This document shows, one piece after another, positions 10,714 to 20,192 of a stretch of DNA of 64,000 nucleotides. The translations under genes were made by a program, and so were the position numbers. Each line of letters begins with the position of its first letter. Position 1 is the stretch's first letter. The notes under the pieces were generated by a model. That model made no database searches. It was not told the DNA's origin and saw nothing but the letters and a program-made list of their open reading frames with translations. The DNA comes from Alphaproteobacteria bacterium (lineage in GTDB: Bacteria; Pseudomonadota; Alphaproteobacteria; Bin95), in contig CAXXWS020000003.1 of assembly GCA_963665325.3 (NCBI GenBank), positions 544,001 to 608,000 of the forward strand. The letters run 5' to 3'.

Positions 10714-10860
10714 GTCTCGCTCAACTTCAACAGCACGGACAAAAAAGTATTTGATAACACAGAGGGTTCTCCGAGACGGGCGACAGCGACAGCAATTACG
10801 TCCAAGATCAACGTGTTTGGTGCGGCAATGCGTCAATCCTCAAAAGCAAGCCTCGTTGGT

Positions 10861-10995
10861 TTACTTGGCCTTTCTTTCCCCGAGAACAGGCGCCCTCTTG
10901 CCTTTGTTGAAGTCTGCGGTCGCCAGCACCTTTTCTTTGATTTTCTTGGGTTTCTTGGTCTCGCGGTTTCCGCGTCTCTTATCGCCTTTGGACAT
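10861..10995 (-). CDS. small Lys/Arg-rich protein, 44 aa (absent from ORF track)
   Basis: Hand translation MSKGDKRRGNRETKKPKKIKEKVLATADFNKGKRAPVLGERKAK*; RBS AGAGG upstream; resembles alphaproteobacterial MxKGxKRxNRExKKPK peptides. Confidence 0.75.
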   Translation of the reverse strand: MSKGDKRRGNRETKKPKKIKEKVLATADFNKGKRAPVLGERKAK

Positions 10996-11117
10996 CCGAT
11001 TTCCTCTCTAGTGAACCAGTTCGCTCGTTCGGCAATCGGGCAACAGGATTCTGCCGCCCACTTCGATTGGTTATCTGAAATTCGCCGGCAAGGGCTGGCT
11101 GCCGACGACATTGGCGC

Positions 11118-12131
11118 TCATCCGATCAGTATTTCTCCACCCAGACCGCTCTCAGTGCGGTCAGGAGTTTCGCTTCCTGTTGCCAGGCCATTGTCAGCAA
11201 TTGTCAAAATCATTGCCTCGTAAGTCATGTCGAGGTTAAGCAGACAGCAGCGATAGAAATAACCTCTGCGTAGGCCAGGCATCAGGTTCGCTTCAATGAA
11301 ATTCGGCACGTTTGCGTGGCTCATCTTGATGTCGATGCGTCCCAACGACTTGCCGCCCAGGGCCCGGAATGCTGCCTTGGCGAGGGTGCCAAGCTGCAGG
11401 CGCGTCGCCGCGTCTGTCACTGGCGCGACGGTTTCGGAGTCCTGCTTCTTGACATCATAGTCGAGAATACGGTCCCCGTTCCTGTTCGGCGCGGCGATGA
11501 TTTCTACGGGCATGGCGCGCAGTTTGCCGTTGCAGGCGTCCTCGAGTATGCCGACACTGTATTCCCGGCCAGACAGATAGGTCTCGACCAACGCCTGGGA
11601 CATCTGGTTCTCATGGATATCCAGCACCTTGCGCCGGAAGTCATCAAAGTCGTGGACAACAGACTTGGCATCAACGCCGCGGCTGTCTCCGCCGGTTACG
11701 GGCTTTACAAAGAGTGGAAAGGGAAGAGGGATGGTGGCGGCGGTCGGGTGTTCGCCCGGTGCAGTGAGGAAAAACTCTGCCGTCGTGACATTGGCCGCGC
11801 TAACTAAATTCTTCGCGCGGGCCTTGTCGTGTTCGTTGTCCAGTGCCGATCTGCCCGATGCGATATAGGCGATTCCGTGCAGGTCGAGAAAATCGTTCAG
11901 CCAGAGGTCTTCGCCATCAAAAGTGAAGTATTTCACCCCCGAGAATACGAGGTCGGGCCGCCGAATCGCCATCCGCTCGAGATCGCGACGTGTCCGGATT
12001 TGGGTGATGGTGACGAGTTGATAACGGTCGGAAAGGATCTTGTGAACCAGCGCTTCGTCGATCTCGATCCCGACATTCTTTCGATGCGCTGCTATGCCGG
12101 CGGGGTGGGGTACGATGACGATTTCGATCAT
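11118..12131 (-). CDS. D-Ala-D-Ala ligase-like ATP-grasp enzyme (non-canonical N-terminus)
   Basis: 'DKARAK', 'FPLFVKPVTGGDSRGV', 'ALVETYLSGREYSV', 'GRIDI', 'FIEANLMPGL'; ATG 12131 preferred over the TTG at 12284. Confidence 0.85.
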   Translation of the reverse strand: MIEIVIVPHPAGIAAHRKNVGIEIDEALVHKILSDRYQLVTITQIRTRRDLERMAIRRPDLVFSGVKYFTFDGEDLWLNDFLDLHGIAYIASGRSALDNEHDKARAKNLVSAANVTTAEFFLTAPGEHPTAATIPLPFPLFVKPVTGGDSRGVDAKSVVHDFDDFRRKVLDIHENQMSQALVETYLSGREYSVGILEDACNGKLRAMPVEIIAAPNRNGDRILDYDVKKQDSETVAPVTDAATRLQLGTLAKAAFRALGGKSLGRIDIKMSHANVPNFIEANLMPGLRRGYFYRCCLLNLDMTYEAMILTIADNGLATGSETPDRTESGLGGEILIG

Positions 12132-12480
12132 CTCGTCGCGTTTGCTTGCGAACGCACGCCTTTCGTCGAGAGCAAGAGGCAAGCCACCCAGGCGGTGTGG
12201 CGTGTGCTCGGTCCGTGAATAGGTACCGTTCAGCGTATCCGTTACGTCCACAACCGAATTGCTCAATGCCGCTCCTTCAAGCACCCATGGGCACGGCAGC
12301 CCAGGAACCGCAAGGCGTTCCGAGGCCAGCTTGGGCTGCTCAGTTCGTTTCGATGTGTCGATTTGGTAGCGTTGAATTTGAATTCAACTCTAACCAGAAT
12401 TCCACAGATAACATAATCGGCCAACGATAGATACAACTATCGTCGACGACAGAGATCGTGGGCATTCTGCCCGCCCGCAG

Positions 12481-12699
12481 CGGGTGCAGGGTGAACGCGA
12501 TCACCCCGCTGGCCTTCGCCGACTACGGCAACGCGCCTACCTTCTCGGATACGCTGGTCGAGGTCGCGGCGGCGTGACCCTGATTCCTCCCCTTCCGACA
12601 CCCGGGCTACCCGCGGCCCTTAGCGCCGTTGCGCGGCGCTGGCTCGGGGGGCTCTCGAAGTCGGGCAGCAACAGCGTCGCGGTGGCCGCGCGTCTCTCC
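12481..12699 (+). repeat. dispersed direct repeat B, copy 2 (orphan 3' end of the oxidoreductase gene)
   Basis: Encodes GCRVNAITPLAFADYGNAPTFSDTLVEVAAA* plus the same downstream ~120 bp as 9833-10051. Confidence 0.92.
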
Positions 12700-12907
12700 G
12701 GGATCGGCGGGCGCTGATCGCCAACGACCCCCATCTCGATCGAACTGTTTCATGACCAAGAGTGGAAGACCCTGAACGCAAAATTGGTTGGGCATGGTTC
12801 TCATGGTACCGATAGTTCGGTACTCGCCACGGAACAGGTCTTGTCACCCTCTCTCCCAATGACCTATAGCCTAGACGGTATTGTGTATGCTGCAGCTTCT
12901 TGGGCTG

Positions 12908-13012
12908 TCAGGGCCTGTGGGCGGATTTGAATGAGATGAAGGCAGCGGCGAGCGCAACGAAAGAGCCGAAATCTGTGGCGGTTTTTTCGCAGCGCAAGGC
13001 GATGCGTTCGAT
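12908..13012 (-). mobile_element. IS5-family transposase C-terminal remnant
   Basis: Minus strand reads IERIALRCEKTATDFGSFVALAAAFISFKSAHRP*, matching the 'RIALRCEKT..NF.SFVALA...I..KSVH' IS5-family end. Confidence 0.75.
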
Positions 13013-13152
13013 CGCGGCGAAGTTCGGCTGCACGACCGGGACGCCGGCGCCGGGCAGGGAATGCCCAGCGACGCTCGCGGGCAGGTCAGGGCGCTGGAAC
13101 GGGGTCCGGTGAAGCAGGGCGCAGATACCGGGATAGCTGACGGGCGGACCGG

Positions 13153-14316
13153 ATGGGTGCTGTCTTGAACAGGCAGGACCTGTTCGAGCGCATTGTGCTG
13201 TCTCTCAGCGATGTTGCGCTCGGCGATGTCCCGTGGCTGGCGTCCGCCGGACTGATCGAGGAGTTCTTGGAGGCGAGCGGCAGTTTCCTGATCTTCGGCG
13301 ACGGGGCCGCGCTCGACGATGTCTGCATCTTCTTTGCGCAGTTCTGCATGGGCGGGGAACGCAGGGACGACCTGGAGCGCATGTATTTCGAGACCTACCA
13401 CGCCGTGGACGAACGTCTGCCGCGCGTTCGGCTGCTTGCCGACAGCGAGCTGGTCACGACTCGCTCGCTGTTCACCGAGGATGAGCTGAAGACCTCGGCA
13501 GTTTACAACGAGGCCATGCCGCTCGCCCGTACCCGGGACAGCCTCCATGTGCGCCTTGACGGGCCGAAAGGCTCGCGCATCGTGTGGGCGGTGGGCGATC
13601 CGGTCGAGGGGGACGGCTGGTCGGGCGAGCAGGTGGAGTCGATCCGGTTGCTGCTGCCGTATATCCGCCACTTCGTGCGGGTCCAGCAGACGCTGGCCGA
13701 TGCCGGGGCGCTCGAGTCGTCGCTCACCGGGCTGCTCGACAATGTCCGCGTTGGGGTCCTGCAGCTCGACCGGCGCGGCCGGGTGATGGCGGTGAACGAT
13801 CGCGCCCGGGACATCCTGCGCCGGGCTGATGGGCTGACCGACCGGGACGGCCTGCTGCAGGCGGCGCTGCCGGCAGAGGATACGAGGCTGCAACGTCTGC
13901 TGGCGGGGGCCCTGCCCATCCCCGGCCGCGTCCGGGCGGGCGGTTCGATGATGGTGAGCCGTCCACATGCCCTGCAGCAGCTGATCGTGCATGTGAACCC
14001 GGTGAACGAAGCCCGGCCGAACTCGTATCGAGCCAGCGTCGGCGCGCTGGTGCTGGTCATCGAACCGGCGAGCCGCAACGGTACCGACGAGGCCCGGATA
14101 AGCGCCATGCTCGAACTCACGCCGGTGGAGAGCGAGATTGCTGCAATGCTGGCGCGAGGGCGGACGATTCGCGAGATCGCGGCGGCAACAGGGCGCAGCC
14201 AGAAGGCTATCCGCTGGCACCTCGGTCATATCTTCGCCAAGCATGGCATCTCCCGGCAAGTCGAGCTGGTGCAGCTGGTGACGGCGCTTTGCAACATTCC
14301 GGAGTCCGGGCCGTGA
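13153..14316 (+). CDS. PAS-domain / LuxR-type HTH transcriptional regulator
   Basis: 'LLDNVRVGVLQLDRRGRVMAVNDRA' PAS-like; C-terminal 'LTPVESEIAAMLARGRTIREIA...IRWHLGHIFAKHGISRQVELV' LuxR HTH. Confidence 0.88.
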   Translation: MGAVLNRQDLFERIVLSLSDVALGDVPWLASAGLIEEFLEASGSFLIFGDGAALDDVCIFFAQFCMGGERRDDLERMYFETYHAVDERLPRVRLLADSELVTTRSLFTEDELKTSAVYNEAMPLARTRDSLHVRLDGPKGSRIVWAVGDPVEGDGWSGEQVESIRLLLPYIRHFVRVQQTLADAGALESSLTGLLDNVRVGVLQLDRRGRVMAVNDRARDILRRADGLTDRDGLLQAALPAEDTRLQRLLAGALPIPGRVRAGGSMMVSRPHALQQLIVHVNPVNEARPNSYRASVGALVLVIEPASRNGTDEARISAMLELTPVESEIAAMLARGRTIREIAAATGRSQKAIRWHLGHIFAKHGISRQVELVQLVTALCNIPESGP

Positions 14317-14448
14317 CACGGTTGCGAGGCGGGCGGTGGCGGGCCTCGAACCGAAACGCCTATGCGTGACCGTAAAGTGCCGGGACCCGGCGCTTAACGA
14401 CACTGAAAATCCCGGCCAACTGCGGGCGTGGCAGCCGACCGGCATGAT

Positions 14449-14709
14449 TTTTTTCGGCGTTAACACCTGTCCCGATCAAGGCGGAAACTTCTGGCGGCGT
14501 CCTCGATTGTGGGTTCCGCATCGCCGTTGTACATCGTCGATTGTCGAAGGGGTTTGCAGTCCGCGAAGAAGGATGGTCGAGGTCAGGAAGCCATGACCGT
14601 GGATATCCGTATTGCCACGCCGGATGACATCCGCGTGCTTGAGACCCTGATCGAACGCTCGTCGCGTGTGCTTCTGGTCCCGTTCCTCTCCGCCGCACAG
14701 CTCGCGGCG
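14449..14709 (+). repeat. dispersed direct repeat C, copy 1 (261 bp; GNAT upstream region and 5' end)
   Basis: Near-identical to 20510-20770 at a constant offset of 6061. Confidence 0.92.
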
Positions 14710-14712
14710 TGA
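14593..14712 (+). pseudogene. truncated GNAT acetyltransferase (first 39 codons)
   Basis: MTVDIRIATPDDIRVLETLIERSSRVLLVPFLSAAQLAA*, matching the start of the GNAT at 20654. Confidence 0.8.
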
Positions 14713-15034
14713 ACCGCCCCGGGTTTCCCGGAGGCTCCGTCTTGTGAGAAGGAGGAGCCATTATGGGAAGGCATTCCGGCGTGATTCTCCCCCTGGAGGA
14801 CGCCAAAGCCATGGCGTCGACGCCGTGGACGCTCCGGGCTCCGGTTTGTCGCTGCTGCTGTCCGGATGACGGGTACGACTTGGACCGGCTGCCGCGCGAC
14901 GGATCGGTGCCTGGCGACCTGCCGAGACCTGGGAGCGCTGCGATGGCCCCTGACGCTCTGCGCATGCTCGCACGCCCCGTGCAGCGCGTCGCCCGGCGCA
15001 CTATTATTCTGGCCCCTACCGGAGCGGATCCCCC

Positions 15035-16333
15035 ATGAACCGAAGAGAATTTCTCGCCTGCTCCGCCGCAACGGTCTTGCTTCCAGGGACGGCCTGGGCG
15101 AAGCCGGCCCTCCGGCTGAAGGCCGGTCCCGTCACTGCCCGGCTCTTGCCGGAAGGCGAAGCCTCGACCCGCATGCTCGGCTTCAACGGATCGAGTCCGG
15201 GGCCGGAACTCCGTTTCCGACAGGGCGACCGCGCTTCCGTCTCCTTCGAAAACGGATCCGGCCGGCGCTCCGCCATCCACTGGCACGGCATCCATCTCGA
15301 CAACGCGATGGACGGCGTGCCCGACCTGACCCAGGCGGCGGTCGAGCCGGGTGCGACCTTCGACTACGCGTTCGAGGCCCCCCACGCAGGGACCTACTGG
15401 TACCACGCCCACCACCGCTCCTGGGAACAGGTCGCCAGGGGCCTCTACGGCCCCCTGATCGTCGAGGAACGGAACCCGCCCGCTGTCGACCGCGACATTA
15501 CCGTCGTCCTCGACGACTGGCGCCTGGAACGCAGCGGCGCGCTGCACGAGAGCTTCGGCGACCGGCACGACTTCTCCCATGCCGGCCGGATGGGCAATTT
15601 CGCCCGGGCCCTGTTCTCGCGGAGCACGGTCCGGCGCGGCGACCGCATCCGCCTGCGTCTCATCAATGCGGCCACCGCCAGAATGTTCCCGGTCACGATA
15701 GCCGGGGGCGTCGGCAGGGTCGTGGCCCATGACGGCATGCCGCTCGCCGAGCCGGAGCCTCTCGAAGATCTGCTGCTCGCCCCGGCGCAGCGGACCGACA
15801 TCATTCTGGATGTGGCGGAGCCCGTCTCGTTCGCCCTCAAGACCCGTCAGGGCCCCTTCGCACTCGGAACCATCGCCGTGGAGGGTTCGAACCCCGCACC
15901 CGCCCGCGCGCCGATCCAGCCTCTGCCGGCCCCCGACATCCCGGCGCCCGACCGGGACGGTGCGACCCGCCTCACCCTCGTCATGCAGGGCGGGGCCATG
16001 GGCGGGCGCCACGGCGGCAGCGACTTCTGGGCCTTCAATGACCGCTCGGGCATGCCCGAGGCACCCTGGCGGCGCTTCGCGCGCGGTGAAACGGTGCGGA
16101 TCGCCATGCGCAACGACACCGCGTTTGCGCACGGCATCCACCTGCACGGCCATCATTTCCATGAGATCCTCGACGACGGCTCGCTCGGCCCCTACCGGGA
16201 CACGACCCTGGTCGACCGGCAGGCGAGCCGCGACATCCTTTGCGTGTTCGACAATCCCGGCAAATGGCTCCTGCACTGCCACACGCTCGGCCATCAGGCA
16301 TCGGGGATGAAGACATGGGTGGAGGTCGCATGA
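15035..16333 (+). CDS. Tat-exported multicopper oxidase
   Basis: MNRREFL Tat motif; Cu ligands HWHG, WYHAH, HGIHLHGH, HCHTLGHQASGM. Confidence 0.95.
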   Translation: MNRREFLACSAATVLLPGTAWAKPALRLKAGPVTARLLPEGEASTRMLGFNGSSPGPELRFRQGDRASVSFENGSGRRSAIHWHGIHLDNAMDGVPDLTQAAVEPGATFDYAFEAPHAGTYWYHAHHRSWEQVARGLYGPLIVEERNPPAVDRDITVVLDDWRLERSGALHESFGDRHDFSHAGRMGNFARALFSRSTVRRGDRIRLRLINAATARMFPVTIAGGVGRVVAHDGMPLAEPEPLEDLLLAPAQRTDIILDVAEPVSFALKTRQGPFALGTIAVEGSNPAPARAPIQPLPAPDIPAPDRDGATRLTLVMQGGAMGGRHGGSDFWAFNDRSGMPEAPWRRFARGETVRIAMRNDTAFAHGIHLHGHHFHEILDDGSLGPYRDTTLVDRQASRDILCVFDNPGKWLLHCHTLGHQASGMKTWVEVA

Positions 16334-16764
16334 AGGCCGTTCTGCCGGCTCTCGTCCTGCTCTGGCCCACCCTGGCCCTTGCCGGCCACGAGCTAGACGA
16401 CCGCGACCTCGCCAACGGGCAGGTCCTCTACAAGCAGCACTGCGCCTCCTGCCACGGCGCGCAGCTGGAGGGGCAGCCCGACTGGCGCCGGCCGGGCAAG
16501 GACGGGATCCTGCCGGCTCCGCCCCACGATGCGACCGGCCATACCTGGCATCACGACAACCGGCTGCTGTTCGACTACACGAAGCTCGGCGGCACGGCGC
16601 TGATGGAGGCGCGCGGCATAGCCGGGTTCAGGAGCGGCATGCCGGGCCTCGGCGACGTCATGAGCGACGACGATATCTGGGACGTTCTCGCCTACATCCG
16701 CTCCACATGGCCAGAGCGCATCCGGACTATCCAGGCCGCCAGAAACCCGGAGCACGGGCGATGA
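16330..16764 (+). CDS. monoheme cytochrome c
   Basis: Signal peptide, CASCH heme motif, 'PAPPHDATGHTWHH', distal 'GMP'; ATGA overlap with the oxidase stop. Confidence 0.92.
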   Translation: MKAVLPALVLLWPTLALAGHELDDRDLANGQVLYKQHCASCHGAQLEGQPDWRRPGKDGILPAPPHDATGHTWHHDNRLLFDYTKLGGTALMEARGIAGFRSGMPGLGDVMSDDDIWDVLAYIRSTWPERIRTIQAARNPEHGR

Positions 16765-16877
16765 CCGGTCCCCGTTCCCCCGGCCCCGCCTTCGCCGACG
16801 AACGCGGACGTCCGGTCGAAGGCGCGGTCTCGCGGCTAATGACTGCAGGAAGGCAAGGCGCGCGCTCACAAGGGCGA

Positions 16878-16997
16878 GGCCATGGACCTCGGCGGCGTTG
16901 CGGTAGACGAGCGTCAAACGGGTGCGGCGCTAGAGGCGTTGCGCAGGCAGGCTCCGGACGCCGCCCTCAAGGGGCTGGCGCCTCATTGACGGGGATG
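16878..16997 (+). repeat. dispersed direct repeat A, copy 2
   Basis: Matches 2476-2595 with about five substitutions. Confidence 0.9.
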
Positions 16998-17117
16998 TTG
17001 GCCGGCGCGCATCGGCGACAGCATCGACAACGATCTTGTCGCTACGCCATAAGCCGCTTTCATTTCTACGGATTATACGTATATTGAGGTGAGGCCCTGT
17101 TACTTGGGGAGGCTACC

Positions 17118-17375
17118 ATGCCCACCGTTAGCGCCCTTGAGTTCCAGCGCAAGTTCGGCCGGTTTCAGCACGAAGCGCAGAGCGAGCCGGTGGAGATAAC
17201 CCGGCATGGGCGTCGCGAGTTCGTGCTCATGTCTGCGGAACAATATGACTGGCTTCGGGCTTGTGCGCAGCGCAGCCATCGCACGGACGACGCTGCCGAT
17301 GTTGTGATCGACGCCGTGGAGCGCGCTGAGATGGATGCGGAGCACAAGCCGCTCGACGACCTGCTGACGCGATGA
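17118..17375 (+). CDS. Phd/YefM-family antitoxin
   Basis: 'VSALEFQRKFGRFQHEAQSEPVEITRHGRREFVLMSAEQY' Phd signature; GGAGG RBS. Confidence 0.9.
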   Translation: MPTVSALEFQRKFGRFQHEAQSEPVEITRHGRREFVLMSAEQYDWLRACAQRSHRTDDAADVVIDAVERAEMDAEHKPLDDLLTR

Positions 17376-17382
17376 CGAGACG

Positions 17383-17460
17383 GTGGCGGTTCCCGATCCG
17401 AAGCCGGGCCTGGTCGTCAGCTACGACTACCTCTGGACACATGAGGCCACCGCCGGCCTC
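17383..17460 (+). pseudogene. 5' fragment of a probable cognate toxin (PemK-like hypothetical family)
   Basis: VPDPKPGLVVSYDYLWTHEATAG directly follows the antitoxin; the frame then runs into low-complexity sequence. Confidence 0.55.
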
Positions 17461-18111
17461 CTCAGTTCTTATACCAGCGGTGCCGGGGTGAGACTCATGG
17501 GTGGGCGCCGCCGCGCCGAACGCGGCAACCATTTCGGATGGCGGCGTTGGCGCCGCCCCGCTCGGCGTCCCGGCCCTCTCCTCATCCTGAGTAGCGCCCG
17601 CGCCAGCGGGCGCGTATCGAAGGACCGTCCCCCGGTGGAAACGCCTCCCTCGATACGCGGCTGACGCCGCTACTCGGGGGAAGAGGACCGGGCCGACGGC
17701 AGGGGCGCCCTCGCTATCGGTTCCGATCAACCGCCGCCGGTATTACGTCGTCAGCTCTCCCCGGCACACATGGCGCGCCTCGCCCGTGATGTACACTCTC
17801 CAGTGCTTCTTCACCCGGCGCTGACGTCAGACAGGCGCTGCCTCTTGCCCTCCTCAGCGATGGGCTTCTTCGAACGGGACCGATCGTTCCGATCGGTCAT
17901 CGGCTCGCCATGTCCGCGTGCGTCCGGGACGCCAAACCCCGCCGGACCCCGGCTTAGCGGCTGATCGACATGCCGCAGCCGACATGAAAAGTGCCAGAAT
18001 GGCACGGCCGGCGAAGCTCTATATCGTGCCGCATTTTTCTTGGCGATTACATACTTAACACCACCATTCGGAAGCCCCATATCTGTCTCATAGGAGGCAG
18101 ACACGAGCATC

Positions 18112-19066
18112 TTGAACGATCCGATCTTCCATGACGAGCTCGCGGCCTATGCCTATGTCGAGAGCATCCTATGGCCGCATGGGCCGGTCTGCCCCAAGTG
18201 CGGTTGCATCGACAGCGCCTATGAGTTGAAGGGCAAGCGGGCCCGGATCGGCCTGCGGCGCTGCAAAGAGTGCAAGAAGGAATTCACCGTCAAGGTCGGC
18301 ACCGTTTTCGAGTCCAGCCATGTCTCCATGTGCTACTGGCTTCAGGCAGCCTATCTGTTGAGCGCCAGCAAGAAAGGCTTCAGTGCCCACCAGCTTCACC
18401 GCGTTCTTGGTGTCACCTACAAGACTGCGTGGTTCATGTTCCATCGGCTCCGCGAGGCCATGCGCACCGGCGATCTGGCTCCCTTCGGCGCTGGTGGCGG
18501 CACGGTCGAGGTCGACGAGACATTCATCGGCAACGACCGCACCATCAAGCCGAAAGGCGAGAAGAAGGGCCGTGGCTACGCGCACAAGCACAAGGTGCTG
18601 TCGCTAGTAGACCGCACCACAGGCCGTGCCCGGTCTATGGTGGTGGACGACCTCAAGGCCAAGACGCTGGTTCCGATCCTGAAAGAGAACATCGCTGCCG
18701 AGGCGACGGTCTATACGGACGAGGCAGGCCAGTATCGCCATTTGGCTCGCGACTTCGCCGAACACGATTTCGTCCGCCACGCTTCCGGAGAATACGGTCG
18801 CGGTACCGTCCACACGAACACCATCAAACAAAGGCTATTTCAGCATCTTCAAGCGGGGCATGAAGGGCGTCTATCAGCACTGCGCCAAAAAGCACCTACA
18901 TCGGTATGCGGATGAATTCGAGTTCCGCTATAATCATCGCGTGGCCAATGGATGCGGGGATTCTCAACGAGCCGCCCATATGATATCGTCCATCCAAGGA
19001 AAATGGCTCACCTACCGGGACTCATCATGGCCGAGCAACGCGAACTCACTGGAGACCCTCTGCTAG
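18112..19066 (+). pseudogene. IS1595-family transposase, frameshifted
   Basis: Zn ribbon CPKCG...CKEC, 'VEVDETFIG', 'VYTDE', 'HTNTI'; the frame shifts at caaacaaa (18825-18832) and resumes as GYFSIFKRGMKGVYQHCAKKHLHRYADEFEFRYN. Confidence 0.92.
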
Positions 19067-19725
19067 CGGGCTTCTATAATGTCCGCGATGCTGCGCGCCT
19101 CCTTGGGATAGACAGCACAGCCCGCCTGCGGGGTTGGCTGACCGGCTGGCCGAACGCTCGGGCAGGGCCAATAGTACAGCGTCAGTTCGTCGATACCTCA
19201 ACAGTCAGTTTTCTAGACCTTATGGAATTGAGGTTTATCGACTATTTTCGTGCACAAAAGGTCCCATTGCAAACGCTTAGACGGGCCGCTGATAAAGCTA
19301 GGTTGCATTGGGAAACCACCCATCCATTTGCATTGTCTAAGTCCAAGTATATAACCGATAGACGAAAAATATTTGCCCAATCGGCAGAGGAGCAAAAAGA
19401 TACAATTACATGGGATTTGGCCACAAACCAATTGGAAATGTGGGAAGCGCTGGAAAGCGCCATTGCCCGCGGAGTGGAGTTTAGCCCTTCCACGGACCTC
19501 GCCGAACGATGGCGACCGAAAGGAAGTGAATTCCCCGATGTTATAGTAGATCCCCATTACGCGTTCGGACACCCTGTTATTGGGTCTCGCGCTGTACCAA
19601 CAAGTGCGATATTTTCCTTATACAAAGCCGAATGCGGTAAGTCTGACCAAATTGCCAAGTGGTTTAATGTCACCGTAGAACACGTTAATCAAGCCGTTCA
19701 ATTTGAGATTGAGTTGTCGGCTTGA
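19027..19725 (+). CDS. DUF433-domain antitoxin (VapB45-like, N-terminal HTH)
   Basis: 'FYNVRDAARLLGI', 'VSFLDLMEL', 'VIVDPHYAFGHPVI...IAKWFNVTVEHVNQAVQFE'. Confidence 0.85.
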   Translation: MAEQRELTGDPLLAGFYNVRDAARLLGIDSTARLRGWLTGWPNARAGPIVQRQFVDTSTVSFLDLMELRFIDYFRAQKVPLQTLRRAADKARLHWETTHPFALSKSKYITDRRKIFAQSAEEQKDTITWDLATNQLEMWEALESAIARGVEFSPSTDLAERWRPKGSEFPDVIVDPHYAFGHPVIGSRAVPTSAIFSLYKAECGKSDQIAKWFNVTVEHVNQAVQFEIELSA

Positions 19726-20192
19726 AGATTAGAACGGATGAACATATTTCTCCCGTTATTGTTTCGATTATTCGAGACGTGGCTGCCACTACCGGATGGG
19801 AAATATCATCCGTTTATGATAGCCAAGACAGAGCGGTGGATGACACTTACTGGATCACTAAGTTTGCTAACGAGGGCGGTGAGGCAATTCTAACCGCTGA
19901 TCGGGATTTTGTTTCACGACCTCCGCAAATTGTAGCAGTCTTTGACACTGGGATGAAGGTAATTCAGTTGCCTCCGAGATGGGCAAATTCCAGAAGATCA
20001 TTCCAAGCCTCTCACTTGCTTCTCTGGTGGGCGCGCATTGAACTCACCTTACGCCAAATGAAGCAGCGGGAGTGCTACAAGCTGCCATGGAACCTGAACG
20101 AAACAGGAAATCTGAAGAAGGTGACAATCGACTATGCCTCCGCCCAAAAAAAACTCCGTAAAAGCAAACGTCGATCAAGTCCAAGAATTTAA
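19722..20192 (+). CDS. PIN-domain toxin (VapC45/DUF5615-like)
   Basis: 'KIRTDEHI', 'DDTYWITKF', 'ILTADRDF' acidic PIN residues; overlaps the DUF433 stop codon. Confidence 0.82.
   Translation: MKIRTDEHISPVIVSIIRDVAATTGWEISSVYDSQDRAVDDTYWITKFANEGGEAILTADRDFVSRPPQIVAVFDTGMKVIQLPPRWANSRRSFQASHLLLWWARIELTLRQMKQRECYKLPWNLNETGNLKKVTIDYASAQKKLRKSKRRSSPRI

Noticed and set aside
11118-12284. Calling the ligase ddl or a van resistance gene
   Set aside because: Lacks the N-terminal Ddl motif and has no vanH/vanX/vanRS or dcw neighbours.
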